Positions 8,710-19,100 of a DNA stretch of 64,000 nt are shown here, one piece after another. The stretch covers positions 960,001 to 1,024,000 of the forward strand of contig JBEKKK010000001.1 in assembly GCA_050010755.1 (NCBI GenBank). The letters are read 5' to 3'. Position 1 is the first letter of the stretch. Each line of letters begins with the position of its first letter. The notes under the pieces were generated by a model that ran no database searches, had not been told where the DNA came from, and saw only the letters and a program-made list of their open reading frames with translations. Both the position numbers and the translations under genes were made by a program. The stretch comes from Candidatus Bathyarchaeia archaeon (GTDB lineage: Archaea > Thermoproteota > Bathyarchaeia > Bathyarchaeales > Bathycorpusculaceae).

Positions 8710-11700
8710 TTAGTTTTTGCTTGTGGGTTTCTTCCTGCTGCTCGGCTTGGATTTCTTTCCAAAAATCATTAATGTCAAGAGCGTGAGTATTGAACCTGCG
8801 CCGACTACAATGATTATAATGATTGCCCAAACTGGAAAGCCCCCGTTAGATCCTGTTTGGGTAGGTTGGCTGGGTTGAGATGGATCGTTCGCGGCCGTGA
8901 CGTTTTGGTTCCATGAGAACAAGGTTTTCCACCACGGCGTGCTCGGCTTTGGTCCCCAAGTTATGATCATGGGATCTAAGCTGTCGTCGATTTTAGTCAG
9001 GTTATGTACGTAATCCTCCACGCCTACGATCTGGAAGGTTCGCGTTCCTGCAGTCGAGTAGCTGAAATCTGCTCGCCACATTTCTTTGTCGTCAGACGAC
9101 CAATCCATTGCGTAGTTCTTTGTTCCGTCGCTCAAGATTAGGCTGCCGTTTTCCCCTCTGAACAGCGTGTTTTCCAGCTCGTAGACAGCTATATACCACA
9201 CATATTCCGTTTGATTAATGGATGCTTGTGAACTGGAAACTCCTGCTGCGATTATCTTTATCTCGTCCCAGACAACATCGATGCTGTTGCTCTCGAAGGC
9301 CGTCAGATTATACTTAGGATCAATTATCGAAGAGGTGCCTATCCACGCCGTCTCTGGGTGGTCACGGATCAGACTGTCATTGAAGACCACGCTGCCAGCG
9401 AACGGCACTGTGTTAAACCCTAAGATCCTGTCAAGCTCATAGTAACTGTTGTTCCACGATATGTTGGCCGCAGAATCGACGTTCACGTAGTTATCGTTGC
9501 TCATCGAGAGAACCACTTTCACCCTATCCCACGCTACAACCGGGCTCGGGGCCGTTTGCGTGAAGGATGTCACATAGGCAAACTTGACCCCTGTTACTGA
9601 GAAAGTTGTTTCCGCTGGTGTTGAGCTGTTGACCATAAACGTCGCCCAGCCGGTTCCGTTCACCGTTTCTGTGCTGCTACTGTTGATAGTTATGGTGCCG
9701 CCCGTAGCGTCAGAGCAGTTGAGAGCCCATTCCGCGTGAAAAGTGACAAGTTGGAAGGCTCCCACGTTGACGCGATTCGGCCATGCGGAGGAAGCCCAGG
9801 ACTCGTCGATTATTATGTTTGCAACTGTGAAGTTTATGACCACGGCCCACTGGGGAATCGTTCCGTTTGCCTCGATTGAAAGTTCTACGACGTGGAGTCC
9901 AGGATCCGAAGGAGTAACAATGGTGAAGGACACGGTGGCCAATTGGCCTCCGGAAAGGACGCCGCTTGACGGCGATTTCAAAGTGAACCAGGGCCCTGCG
10001 TCAAGAATCGTTATGTTGTAAGCGAGATGGTCGTCAGTGGAACCAACTATGTTGGAGACGTTGAAGCCGTCGCTGATTGTTTGACCCACTGAGAACTCGC
10101 CCTCATCAACTTGGCAGGGGTCATAAGGGATGTTGTTCTCATACTGTACCAAAAGCTGATCAATCTTCTGCACGTATTGAGTGTTAGAAGAAGACGAACC
10201 AATGTTTCCTGCATTGTCAATAGCGGTGAAAGTGTAGTTTAGTGTGGTTCCTCCTGGCTGTTTTGGGATCACTCCGGTGTAGTTGTCATCGCCGATATTT
10301 GTCATCTGGCCAGTCCATACGGTTGAGTTCAGAAGGTAGGAAACGTAAACCTTGTCAACCCCACTCGCGTTCACCGGTTCGGTCGCCGTTGCGAATACGA
10401 TAATGAATTGGCTCGCATCAGGCGTGTTTGCAACGCCCCCGGGTGTGACGGTGGGAGGGGTCATATCGTCCACTAGGTATGGAAATGGAATTGGATAATT
10501 GGTTGTGTTTAACCAGTTTGAACCATCCGCAAGAACTTGTGCAACGTATCTCACCGTCGTGTTGTACCTGAAAGTGGGAATCGTGAATGTGATTACGTTG
10601 CTTTGGATGCTCGGCGAGAGGTTCAGGTTTCCTGTAGTTCCGTTATCAAACGTGTAGTTTACGAGGAGCGCCGCGTTAACGATCTGAACATGCTGCAGCG
10701 TGTCCACCGTGACGGTGACAGTGTCGCTGTACTGAACGCTCTTGTCGTAGACTTTGTTTGCACAATTTGCGTGTGTCAACGCTGGAGTTTGCGTCACGCT
10801 CTGTATCAGATACAGCGGGTAATTGTCCTTGCTGTTGATACCTGTTTCGTAGGGCTGATCACATATTCCGTCTGGAGAAGGTATTGTGCAGTTTGGACCT
10901 ACGTCTTGATATTTTCCAGAGTAAATGTCTGTGCAGTTCGTGAAGTCGCTCCAGTAGTTTCCACCCCCAGTCCCGTTGCTCGGAACGTATGGGTAACCAT
11001 CATCCCACCTGTTTGCCGTTCCCAGATCCTGCGCCTGAACAGGGTTTTTCACGAACCTGTTACCATAAATGAGGCTCTGGGAGCCGCCCTGCTGAACTCG
11101 CAGTCCTATCTGCGTGTTGTTCAGTATGGTGTTGTTCTGAACGAAGGTTCCTTCTCCTGAAACCACATCTATGCCTATCGGGTTATCCTGAATCAGGCTG
11201 TCGGTTATTCTCGTGTTTGAGCCTTCGACGCTTACCCCAGAACCGAGCCCGGCCATTATGATGCAGGCGGACACGCTGTTGTTGTCGCCGGCGATCTCGA
11301 TTTGTGCACCACTATCGTAGGAATCTTTCAGGGTCAAATCAAATATTGTCACGTTGGCGCATCCGTCCAGTGAGATGCAGAAGGGCGCAGTCATGTTGAA
11401 CTCTCCATCGATTATCGTGCTTACAGCGTCCTGCCCCTCAATACTTATGCCACTCTTGGCGGCGGGTATCACAACGTTCTCGAAGTAGATGCGTGACGCA
11501 TTCAGCACTATCGTGTCTCCAGAGCTTGCAGCGTCAACCGCAGCCTGAATCGTGGGAAAATCGTCCGGCACGTTCAGGCCCTGTACGCCCAAAACGTCGT
11601 CGATGTATGCCACTGGCAAGAGACTGCCTGTTTGGGTGGCCCCCATATCGCTTTCCGTAAGGGCCATTCTTCGAATCGAAGTTACGGTTCCGTTGAATCT

Positions 11701-12312
11701 GGCATTTGCTGCTTCAAGGTGATCGTCTATGTGAATATTGTAAACGTTGGCAGGTATGTTCATAATGAATTCTATCCGGTACCATCTGTTTGCCACGTAA
11801 GAGTTTCTCAACGTCACGAGTCCTACGCTGCCGTCGAAATACTGGATTACGGTATCATTGAATATTATGTTTGCACCATCGAAATTCCCGTCGTCAACAC
11901 TGATTTCCAAACCCGTGTGAATGCCCGTGTTGTTGGGCATCATCACCGAGAAACTAACTACAACCGTGTCGTTCTGTTGTGGAAAATAGCTGAAGGCTGA
12001 AAAAACAGCAGTACTTGAGTTGTCCACGAACTTTGCAGAGTTTTGCCCACTGTATGCTGCTTCGTTCGTCACTATGAAGTAGCCTGCACTATTTAGGTTC
12101 GGAGTCCAGCCGGGTGGAGTTTGATTAAGCGGGAGCCCCTCGAAATTGGAGTTCAAGAACACCTCTCGGGTTGGCGCGTCCTCGCCCCGCACCGACATCA
12201 CTGCCACGCCTAATTGCGACGAGTGAATGAGGAGATTGTTGGTCCCCACCAAAATGACGAACACCAAGGCTAGCGTCACAAGTATACGTAGCCTGGATTT
12301 CTTCCCCATCAC
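8710..12312 (-). CDS. Large secreted, C-terminally anchored surface protein with NosD/pectin-lyase beta-helix and Ig-like domains
   Basis: Signal peptide, VPDDFPTIQAAVD, GGNYWSD, C-terminal TM helix and basic tail; 1200 aa. Confidence 0.85.
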   Translation of the reverse strand: MMGKKSRLRILVTLALVFVILVGTNNLLIHSSQLGVAVMSVRGEDAPTREVFLNSNFEGLPLNQTPPGWTPNLNSAGYFIVTNEAAYSGQNSAKFVDNSSTAVFSAFSYFPQQNDTVVVSFSVMMPNNTGIHTGLEISVDDGNFDGANIIFNDTVIQYFDGSVGLVTLRNSYVANRWYRIEFIMNIPANVYNIHIDDHLEAANARFNGTVTSIRRMALTESDMGATQTGSLLPVAYIDDVLGVQGLNVPDDFPTIQAAVDAASSGDTIVLNASRIYFENVVIPAAKSGISIEGQDAVSTIIDGEFNMTAPFCISLDGCANVTIFDLTLKDSYDSGAQIEIAGDNNSVSACIIMAGLGSGVSVEGSNTRITDSLIQDNPIGIDVVSGEGTFVQNNTILNNTQIGLRVQQGGSQSLIYGNRFVKNPVQAQDLGTANRWDDGYPYVPSNGTGGGNYWSDFTNCTDIYSGKYQDVGPNCTIPSPDGICDQPYETGINSKDNYPLYLIQSVTQTPALTHANCANKVYDKSVQYSDTVTVTVDTLQHVQIVNAALLVNYTFDNGTTGNLNLSPSIQSNVITFTIPTFRYNTTVRYVAQVLADGSNWLNTTNYPIPFPYLVDDMTPPTVTPGGVANTPDASQFIIVFATATEPVNASGVDKVYVSYLLNSTVWTGQMTNIGDDNYTGVIPKQPGGTTLNYTFTAIDNAGNIGSSSSNTQYVQKIDQLLVQYENNIPYDPCQVDEGEFSVGQTISDGFNVSNIVGSTDDHLAYNITILDAGPWFTLKSPSSGVLSGGQLATVSFTIVTPSDPGLHVVELSIEANGTIPQWAVVINFTVANIIIDESWASSAWPNRVNVGAFQLVTFHAEWALNCSDATGGTITINSSSTETVNGTGWATFMVNSSTPAETTFSVTGVKFAYVTSFTQTAPSPVVAWDRVKVVLSMSNDNYVNVDSAANISWNNSYYELDRILGFNTVPFAGSVVFNDSLIRDHPETAWIGTSSIIDPKYNLTAFESNSIDVVWDEIKIIAAGVSSSQASINQTEYVWYIAVYELENTLFRGENGSLILSDGTKNYAMDWSSDDKEMWRADFSYSTAGTRTFQIVGVEDYVHNLTKIDDSLDPMIITWGPKPSTPWWKTLFSWNQNVTAANDPSQPSQPTQTGSNGGFPVWAIIIIIVVGAGSILTLLTLMIFGKKSKPSSRKKPTSKN

Positions 12313-12556
12313 AGATTACTATCCCATTTAGTGTTGAGCCTTATCCTAGGTACGGACAGTTAACGTTTGTGAAGTTTTCTTCTAGAGAAAAGTTCTGGGA
12401 AGTACATCATAATGGCGCGCACATGCTTCTTCCGAAATAAGCCCCGAAACCCATGATGCTTCCTATAACGTTTGCCTCTTCCCCTAAAAGCCAGGTAGCC
12501 GGATGAATTGCCACGGTTATGATAGTTCAAACAGACTCACAAAAGAAAAAAGGGGA

Positions 12557-12940
12557 CTATTTTTTAAGTTCCACAACCAAGAGGTCTACATCGGTTTTTC
12601 CCGTGTTCTCAGCTTCGTGAGATTGGGCTTTAAGGAAGATTGCCTGACCAGTCTTCAGGTCCAACACATCTGTTTTTCCTGAAGATGTCAGTTTCAGCTT
12701 GCCACCCTTGAGAACGTACACCAAATGGTCGGGATGGCTGTGCATTGCTGCCTTGTCGTTCGGTTTAAACAAAACGTCAAGTACACGCACACGCTCGTTT
12801 TCCATTATGAACTTGTAGACGTTCTTGGCCACTTTCAAAGGGTCTTGCCCTTTTTCCGTTATTTCACCTCCAGTTTCCTCATTCCTTCCAATTCTCTTCC
12901 CTCGCATATTTATGAATGTGTGACTGCAACCACACAGCAA
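12557..12940 (-). CDS. Cupin-domain protein (start uncertain)
   Basis: ENERVRVL...MHSHPDH...HEAENTG cupin motifs. Confidence 0.8.
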   Translation of the reverse strand: MLCGCSHTFINMRGKRIGRNEETGGEITEKGQDPLKVAKNVYKFIMENERVRVLDVLFKPNDKAAMHSHPDHLVYVLKGGKLKLTSSGKTDVLDLKTGQAIFLKAQSHEAENTGKTDVDLLVVELKK

Positions 12941-13030
12941 AAACGCGCCAACATCCTGAAAACTGGAAAAGCCATGAGCGACAAGTTTGCAGTATCTAAA
13001 GCTTCAAGCATGCCCAGTACAAAGGTCCAA

Positions 13031-13276
13031 CGGCTACATGTTCTCTCGGATCATCTTGGCTAAGCGGCGGATTCCCTCGTCTATCTGCTCTTTCGTGGGA
13101 TAGCTGAAGTTGAGGTGCATCGCGTTCTGTCCTTTGCCGTCGCAGTGGAAGGCTGATCCGATCACGTAGGCCACCTTGTTTTCTATGGCTTTGGGCAGCA
13201 GCTCGTTCGCGCTCATCTTCTTGGGCAGTTTCACCCATAGGAACAGGCCGCCCTCCGGATGCGTCCAAGTCACGCC
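13031..13276 (-). pseudogene. Displaced 3' end of the aminotransferase gene (246-bp imperfect direct repeat of 15409-15654)
   Basis: Manual alignment gives ~14 mismatches in 246 nt and only 2 amino-acid changes. Homology stops exactly at GCGCGCGC 13277-13284. Confidence 0.92.
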
Positions 13277-13387
13277 GCGCGCGCTGAAATCGAAGATTAG
13301 AATCGATTAACTCCATCATAAGGGCACGTGAGTCTAAAAAAAAGAGGGGGATATCACAGCTTCCCCTTTTTGATTCTGCCGTTGGAA

Positions 13388-13822
13388 TCAGACTAAGAGA
13401 GTTACGTCTGCGTTTGCCGCTACGTCTAGGAATGTGGTGGCCCCAGCCATTTGATCAACTTCTGGAATCAGTTGTTCTCTCTTGATTCCGAACATTTCCA
13501 TAGTCGGGGTGCAAGCGTATATCGTCAGAAGTCCAGAGGTCTTCATCCTCTTGAGCAGCTCGTAAGGCGTTGGGTATTTCATCTGTTTCAGTCTTTCTGC
13601 CATGGGCTTTTCCATTTGCTTGTAGTCGCTTGGTAATCCCGCTTTTTCCATTGCTCCTTTGACGAGTGCTTGGAGACCCCAGAAGGTGAAGTAGAGGTGT
13701 GCTTCCCATCCCATTGATGTCGCAGTTGATCCGAGAATAAATGCGCAATAAAGCTTGTCTATTGTTCCGCTGTGGACTATCAAAGCTAATTTCTTCTTTT
13801 CAGTCATGAATTCACTTTCCAT
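13388..13822 (-). CDS. DsrE/DsrF-like (DrsE_2) protein
   Basis: LYFTFWGL, IYACTPTM, GATTFL motifs. Confidence 0.88.
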   Translation of the reverse strand: MESEFMTEKKKLALIVHSGTIDKLYCAFILGSTATSMGWEAHLYFTFWGLQALVKGAMEKAGLPSDYKQMEKPMAERLKQMKYPTPYELLKRMKTSGLLTIYACTPTMEMFGIKREQLIPEVDQMAGATTFLDVAANADVTLLV

Positions 13823-13932
13823 TCTGTGAACTACTTAGTAATATTACATACGTCATACTTATGACTTCCGTCAAAAAAAAATATCAATTGAGAATTAGGA
13901 GCAGAGCAGCCTTCTTGCCGTTCGTGCTCGTC

Positions 13933-14139
13933 TTAAGGCGGATTGTCGCTTTTTTCAGGGCGTTCCAACAATACTACGAAAACGGGGTCATCCGTATGAT
14001 GAATGACGAACTGTTTAATCGTCCAATGTTCGCTAAGGTAGCTCTTGAGCATGTTATTCAAATCAGCCAGCTCAATGGGATAATCTTTCATTCGAAGTTC
14101 TCCCCTACCGTACTTGATAGCCACAAACTTATATTCCAT
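13933..14139 (-). CDS. Small hypothetical protein
   Basis: 68-aa ORF with a purine-rich SD-like sequence upstream; co-oriented with neighbours. Confidence 0.55.
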   Translation of the reverse strand: MEYKFVAIKYGRGELRMKDYPIELADLNNMLKSYLSEHWTIKQFVIHHTDDPVFVVLLERPEKSDNPP

Positions 14140-14358
14140 AATAACCCAAACCTCTCTCTGTCCTTCTGTTGTTGTGCAGATTTAAGATTTCTGTCTTCTT
14201 TGAACTACATAGCCTAGGCCCAAAAAAAGGTTAGAAGTCTATAACCTAACGTGAACTTCTCTCAACTTGACAGTTCCTTCCATTTAGCCCGCGCTAGATA
14301 AACACAATGTAACCTCACATGCTGTTGCTTTTCACAATCATGCGAAACTCGTGCATTT

Positions 14359-15141
14359 TCAAATGGCGTCTGTTTCAATCTCGTTTTCCTTAAGTGTTTG
14401 AATAAATGGAAGACCTCTGCTCACGATCTCTCCTATGATTTCGGTCGGAGACTCTAAAATCAGGTGCCAAGCGTTATTGCAGTACTCTATTGTCAGATAA
14501 ACATCTCTGGTTTTCTGTGAAGGAAGTGGCAATCGTATCTCTGGTTCTGGATTCTCCAGGGCTTCTTCCTTTGTGGAATTAAGAACCTTGTTTATGAGCC
14601 CCAACATGTTCTTTAGGTCTCTTTTCACCAGTTGTCTATCTTTTTTGGAAAACTTGGTTTTCTTGCACCAACGAATTTGAAGATCTTTGACAGTCACTTC
14701 GGGCAGTGGCTCATGCGTGCTCATCACTGATAGCTTGTTCAATGGAGTGCTGGGGCCAACATACTCGTCTTTCTTCATCAAGAAGCCCTTCAGCGCTTCG
14801 GTAACTCTCTCGAAGTGGTGGTAACCCACAATGTTGCCGATCACTCTTCCCTTATAGAATACTTCCAGCGTGGGAACCGTTCGAACTCCTCTCTGATGGG
14901 CTAGATTCTTGTTCGAGTCATTCAGCATTGCATCTATCCTCACAAACTTTGCTTCCTGTCCAAAAGCCTCGCAGACTTTCTTGTACACCGGATTAAACTT
15001 TACGCAGTGAGGACAGCAGTGGCTGAAAAACTCCACCACAACCGGCTTATTGGCCTCCAGAACTTCTTTTTCGAAAGACTTCGCAGAAATGTCGCTTGCG
15101 TCAGGCATCAAACAATGACTCATACCATATTCTCGCGGCAA
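14359..15141 (-). CDS. Thioredoxin-domain protein with C-terminal extension
   Basis: PVVVEFFSHCCPHC active site; VPTL cis-Pro motif. Confidence 0.8.
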   Translation of the reverse strand: MPREYGMSHCLMPDASDISAKSFEKEVLEANKPVVVEFFSHCCPHCVKFNPVYKKVCEAFGQEAKFVRIDAMLNDSNKNLAHQRGVRTVPTLEVFYKGRVIGNIVGYHHFERVTEALKGFLMKKDEYVGPSTPLNKLSVMSTHEPLPEVTVKDLQIRWCKKTKFSKKDRQLVKRDLKNMLGLINKVLNSTKEEALENPEPEIRLPLPSQKTRDVYLTIEYCNNAWHLILESPTEIIGEIVSRGLPFIQTLKENEIETDAI

Positions 15142-15411
15142 TAATAGGTATAAGCATTGCCCCTAACGGGTCGCGCCTAGCGCGCCTAAACGTTTTCTTG
15201 TATGAACTGCGCTGGCCAAGAGCCTTCCAGTCCAGTGATATCTTTTTCTAAACCAAGATGGAGAAGTGGCAAACCTAGTCCACGCCCACTTTATCCGCTA
15301 AGGCTTTCGCAAGATCTGCGAGCCATGTTCGGCCATTGCCCCGGAGACGATCATCTCGGCTTCGCTCTCAAGCAGCACCAGCGAGAGGATGAGCGCGCGC
15401 AAGCCCAGCGG

Positions 15412-16617
15412 CTACATGTTCTCTCGGATCATCTTTGCTAAGCGGCGGATTCCCTCGTCTATCTGTTCTTCCGTGGGATAGGAGAAGTTGAGACGCATGG
15501 CGTTCTGTCCTTTGCCGTCGCAGTGGAAGGCTGATCCGATCACGTAGGCCACCTTGTTTTCTATGGCTTTGGGCAGCAGTTCGTTCGCGCTCATCTTCTT
15601 GGGCAGTTTCACCCATAGGAAGAGGCCGCCTTCAGGGTGCGTCCAAGTAACGCCCTTGGGCATATACTTCTCCAAGGCCGCGAGCATGGCCGCGACTTTC
15701 TTGCTGTAAAGCTTCACTATCTTTTCAACCTGCTTCTGCATCAGCCCGCGTCTCATGAACTCGGCCACGATCAACTGATTGTAGGTTGGACAGCACAGAT
15801 CCATGCTCTGCTTGGCAACAACCATCCGATCCATCCACTCGGACGGCGCCATAATCCACGCCAACCTCAGGCCCGGACACAGAATCTTCGAAAACGTGCC
15901 CAGCGCTATGACCTGTTTATTCTTATCCAAGCTGTAAATGGCAGGAATGCTCTCTCCCTTGAACCGCAAGTCCCTGTAGGGGCTGTCCTCGAGAATCGGA
16001 ACCCCATACTCATCCGCCAGCTCCAGAAGTCTCTTCCGCCTGTCCAGCGGTAGAGTAACCCCGGATGGATTTTGAAAGTCGGGAACGACGTAGATGAACT
16101 TCGGCTTCTTCTTCTTTGCCGCAAGCTTTGCCAGCACCTTTTCCAGCAGATCCATCCTCATTCCGTTGTCGTCCTGCGGCACTCCGATCATCCTAGCCAT
16201 GTAGGAGGCAAAGGCCTGCAAGCCGCCTATGTAGCTCGGCAACTCCAGCACCACGATGTCCCTCGGATCCAGAAACACCTTCGAAACAATATCCAAACCC
16301 TGCTGCGAACCCGCCGTAACAAGAATGTTCTCAGGCTTCACCGTCGACTTCTCACGCATCAACCACTTGCTAATCTCCTCACGCAGCGGAGCCTCCCCCT
16401 CGGTAGTGCCATACTGAAGGGCCGTCGCACCCTTCTCCCGCAACGTCTGACAGCAAATATCCTCCAGCTCCTTAACCGGAAAAGTCTCCGTAGCAGGAAG
16501 CCCACCAGCAAAAGAAATCATCCCCGGAACACGGCTCACCTTAAGCAGCTCCCTAATCTCAGAACGCTTCATTCCCCGAGCATTCTTCGAATAAAACGCA
16601 GTCAAATCCTTAATCAT
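15412..16617 (-). CDS. PLP-dependent class I/II aminotransferase (LysN/2-aminoadipate transaminase-like)
   Basis: ISFAGGLP, FQNPSG, EDSPY, GTFSKILCPGLRLAW, RLNFS motifs. Confidence 0.92.
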   Translation of the reverse strand: MIKDLTAFYSKNARGMKRSEIRELLKVSRVPGMISFAGGLPATETFPVKELEDICCQTLREKGATALQYGTTEGEAPLREEISKWLMREKSTVKPENILVTAGSQQGLDIVSKVFLDPRDIVVLELPSYIGGLQAFASYMARMIGVPQDDNGMRMDLLEKVLAKLAAKKKKPKFIYVVPDFQNPSGVTLPLDRRKRLLELADEYGVPILEDSPYRDLRFKGESIPAIYSLDKNKQVIALGTFSKILCPGLRLAWIMAPSEWMDRMVVAKQSMDLCCPTYNQLIVAEFMRRGLMQKQVEKIVKLYSKKVAAMLAALEKYMPKGVTWTHPEGGLFLWVKLPKKMSANELLPKAIENKVAYVIGSAFHCDGKGQNAMRLNFSYPTEEQIDEGIRRLAKMIRENM

Positions 16618-17022
16618 TACACCGTCCTCCTCCGCATATTAGAGCGCAGACCCCATTTTCACACTCAAACCGTCAACCTACATAAGGTTATTGCACCCAC
16701 CTGACGGATCACAAACATGAAAACGCCCGAATTCACAAAAAACCAGAACTGACCCTCAGCAACTATTTTCAAAACCGCTGTTCGGCCGCCTCAGATTCCA
16801 TCCAAATAACGGAGAAGAGATTGATGGACGAAATCTCCGAGCGCCTAACCGTCATAGACCTTACGTAATAAGGTTTTTCATCGTGGATTCTGTTACCTTG
16901 TCGTCTGTTTGTTCTCCTTGTTACATTTCGTCTGCTGAGAGGACTTTATGAAAAAGCGAATAGACCTTGCTCTAGTGTTCTTCGTTGTCACAGCGCGCGC
17001 TTTTTCGGTCTTTAAGCGCGTG

Positions 17023-17484
17023 CTAGATTGAAAAATAGGTTTTAACTCTTTTTGTCGAGAAGTACGCGAAGGAGAGAAAGGGGTACAGGACAAGGTACAC
17101 TATTAGCAGGCTCCAATAGACGTTAGCGCTTAGCAGAACGAACCAGTAGCCTAGCCAGATGCCGAAGACGAGCAGCACAATCCAAGAGGCCATCGACAGA
17201 AAATAGCCGACGCGCATACCTCGAAATACGAGAACAGCATCCGCAAAGAGCAAAGCGCCCAACGCTGCAATCAACCCTGCGTACATAAACCATAGTGAAT
17301 TTCCCTCATTTCCTGTCGCAAAACCAAAAAAGAGGAATGCGAAGAACCATGCTCCCAGTGCGGTTAACACGGTGAACAGGCACACCAGAAAGACGCCAAC
17401 TGGCTCTACTCTCTCCACAGCGTCACCAAAAGTTACATTTGTTTCCGAAGATAAAAGCTTAACGTACCAAGGAAACAGACTCAT
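17023..17484 (-). CDS. Four-TM membrane protein
   Basis: Four hydrophobic segments, C-terminal KRVKTYF. Confidence 0.65.
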   Translation of the reverse strand: MSLFPWYVKLLSSETNVTFGDAVERVEPVGVFLVCLFTVLTALGAWFFAFLFFGFATGNEGNSLWFMYAGLIAALGALLFADAVLVFRGMRVGYFLSMASWIVLLVFGIWLGYWFVLLSANVYWSLLIVYLVLYPFLSFAYFSTKRVKTYFSI

Positions 17485-17533
17485 CGTGAGGCCTGAAGCC
17501 TCACGAAGCCCGTTCTCAAAAACTCACACGCGG

Positions 17534-18526
17534 TCAGCCTATTGTTATCTGCGTGGGAGCGGTTTCCAGAGTGCTGTTCTGGTCGATGAAGAACGGAGGT
17601 CCAATTCTTCCAACAATGTAATATGTTCCCGGTGAAACTGGAATGCCTTCCGATTCTAGGCTGTGGCTGAATGTCTGCTGCCAAACAAGAGAAGAACTCA
17701 AGCTCTCTCCGGGATTAAGCGTTTCAAGAACGAGATATAACGGAAAAACCCCGCCTAGCCAAATGCTTGTGTACCAGTAGATGTTGCTGTCTGTTTCGTT
17801 GTAAACGTGAAAGTCAAACTGATTGCCACTTGGACCCAACGTAAAGCTTACTGTTTGATTGCTGATGTTGGTGATTGTGAGCAGTATGTTTATGGGCTCG
17901 CCGAGGCTGTAGTTGGTTTTCTGAAGCGTCATGCTGAGCTGCAAGCCAAGCTGTTGATCAACGCCGTCCACTGTGTCATTGTGTAGGCTGCCGTTTATCC
18001 AATTTAGATAGTAGGTCTGTGAGTCACTGTCAAAACTTATTGTTCCGTTTATTGCAACTGTGCCTCCAACCGTCCACGGGTTAATTGGCAACGTTGATGT
18101 TAGCTGGCCGTTGAAAGTCAAGTACATGAAAGAACCAGTTAGATTCGGATAGAAGCTCGGAACGATGCTTGTCACATTTACGCCGAGGATGATCGCGCTC
18201 ACATTAGCGTAGCCTAAGGTGCCGACCACAGTGTAAGTCGTATTCGAGTATGATTGTTTTTGAAGATTCGCAACCTGAGAGGTCAAGGAATTAATCGTCG
18301 AGTTTTCAGAGGCAACCTGGCCCTGAAGACTTGCCACTGTAGAGTTCAATTGAGAAACCTGATTGCTCAAAGACGAAATCGTGTTGCTCTTGTCATTCAT
18401 CATCAACGTATACGCTGCAACCACACCCCCCAAACAGGCTACTAAAATGATACAGATTATTCCAAGCGCAACAATGACGCCCTTACCAACCATTTTCGGC
18501 TCCTTCGTTTCACTCACGCTTGACAC
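17534..18526 (-). CDS. Membrane-anchored protein with coiled coil and C-terminal BsuPI-like Ig domain
   Basis: N-terminal TM, heptad repeats, YSLGEPINILLTITN...FDFHV...LNPGES...PGTYYI. Confidence 0.7.
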   Translation of the reverse strand: MSSVSETKEPKMVGKGVIVALGIICIILVACLGGVVAAYTLMMNDKSNTISSLSNQVSQLNSTVASLQGQVASENSTINSLTSQVANLQKQSYSNTTYTVVGTLGYANVSAIILGVNVTSIVPSFYPNLTGSFMYLTFNGQLTSTLPINPWTVGGTVAINGTISFDSDSQTYYLNWINGSLHNDTVDGVDQQLGLQLSMTLQKTNYSLGEPINILLTITNISNQTVSFTLGPSGNQFDFHVYNETDSNIYWYTSIWLGGVFPLYLVLETLNPGESLSSSLVWQQTFSHSLESEGIPVSPGTYYIVGRIGPPFFIDQNSTLETAPTQITIG

Positions 18527-18745
18527 CCATCATAGCACAGGCAAACGTCCGATATAATCCCAAGCCTTAGAACACAGCATCCCAGAACCTAGAACGATTC
18601 TAAGAAACACTTGGCGATATGCAAGAAAAAATTGCAGCCATCAACAGACCCTACCCAATCCAAGAGCCAGCAAGAACTTCTGAGGTAAACATTTTAAGAC
18701 GGAGCCAATTAGATGAGCTGGCCACACTTGGCGCCGGAACAATAC

Positions 18746-18879
18746 GCCGGGATAATGGCCAGACACGTGTCTCACCATCCCGTAGGCAGAGTGGATTAAT
18801 GCGCAGGCCTTGAGGCGCAAACGCGCTTGAGAGCCTGTGGCCCTTCGGGGCCGCGCGGGTTCGAGTCCCACTCCCGGCG
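18746..18879 (+). tRNA. tRNA-Ser(TGA) with two introns: 18754-18784 (position 8/9) and ~18815-18831 (37/38)
   Basis: Acceptor GCCGGGA/TCCCGGC plus discriminator G; D-stem GCA/TGC; anticodon stem CAGGC/GCCTG; long variable arm GGCCC-TTCG-GGGCC; T-loop TTCGAGT. The first intron forms a clean BHB. Confidence 0.9.
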
Positions 18880-19100
18880 CCTCAACAATCACCGACCGTT
18901 CCCACGAAGCCTAAGACGGTGCCCAAAACCTGCCTCTCAAGACAAGAAAACAAGAATCCAGACCATTCTACGCCATTCACACGGCAAAGCAGCTGCGATG
19001 ACACTCTGGGAATGTTGTGAAATGTGAACTGAGTGTTTGTACCCAGACTTCATAAATCTATTAAAACAAAAACTGGCAGATTTCAAGCGGAGAATCAAGA

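Noticed and set aside
10537-11160. Long antisense ORFs (here and opposite the ATPases, dnaK, dnaJ and aminotransferase)
   Set aside because: Shadow frames of well-supported genes, with no motifs of their own.
15255-15365. Several short hairpins downstream of the aminotransferase
   Set aside because: Stems are short and imperfect in GC-rich sequence; no recognisable RNA family.
18729-18881. tRNA-Ser as attachment site of the virion cluster
   Set aside because: No second copy of the tRNA 3' end was found near 34 kb or 56.5 kb, and no integrase is present.
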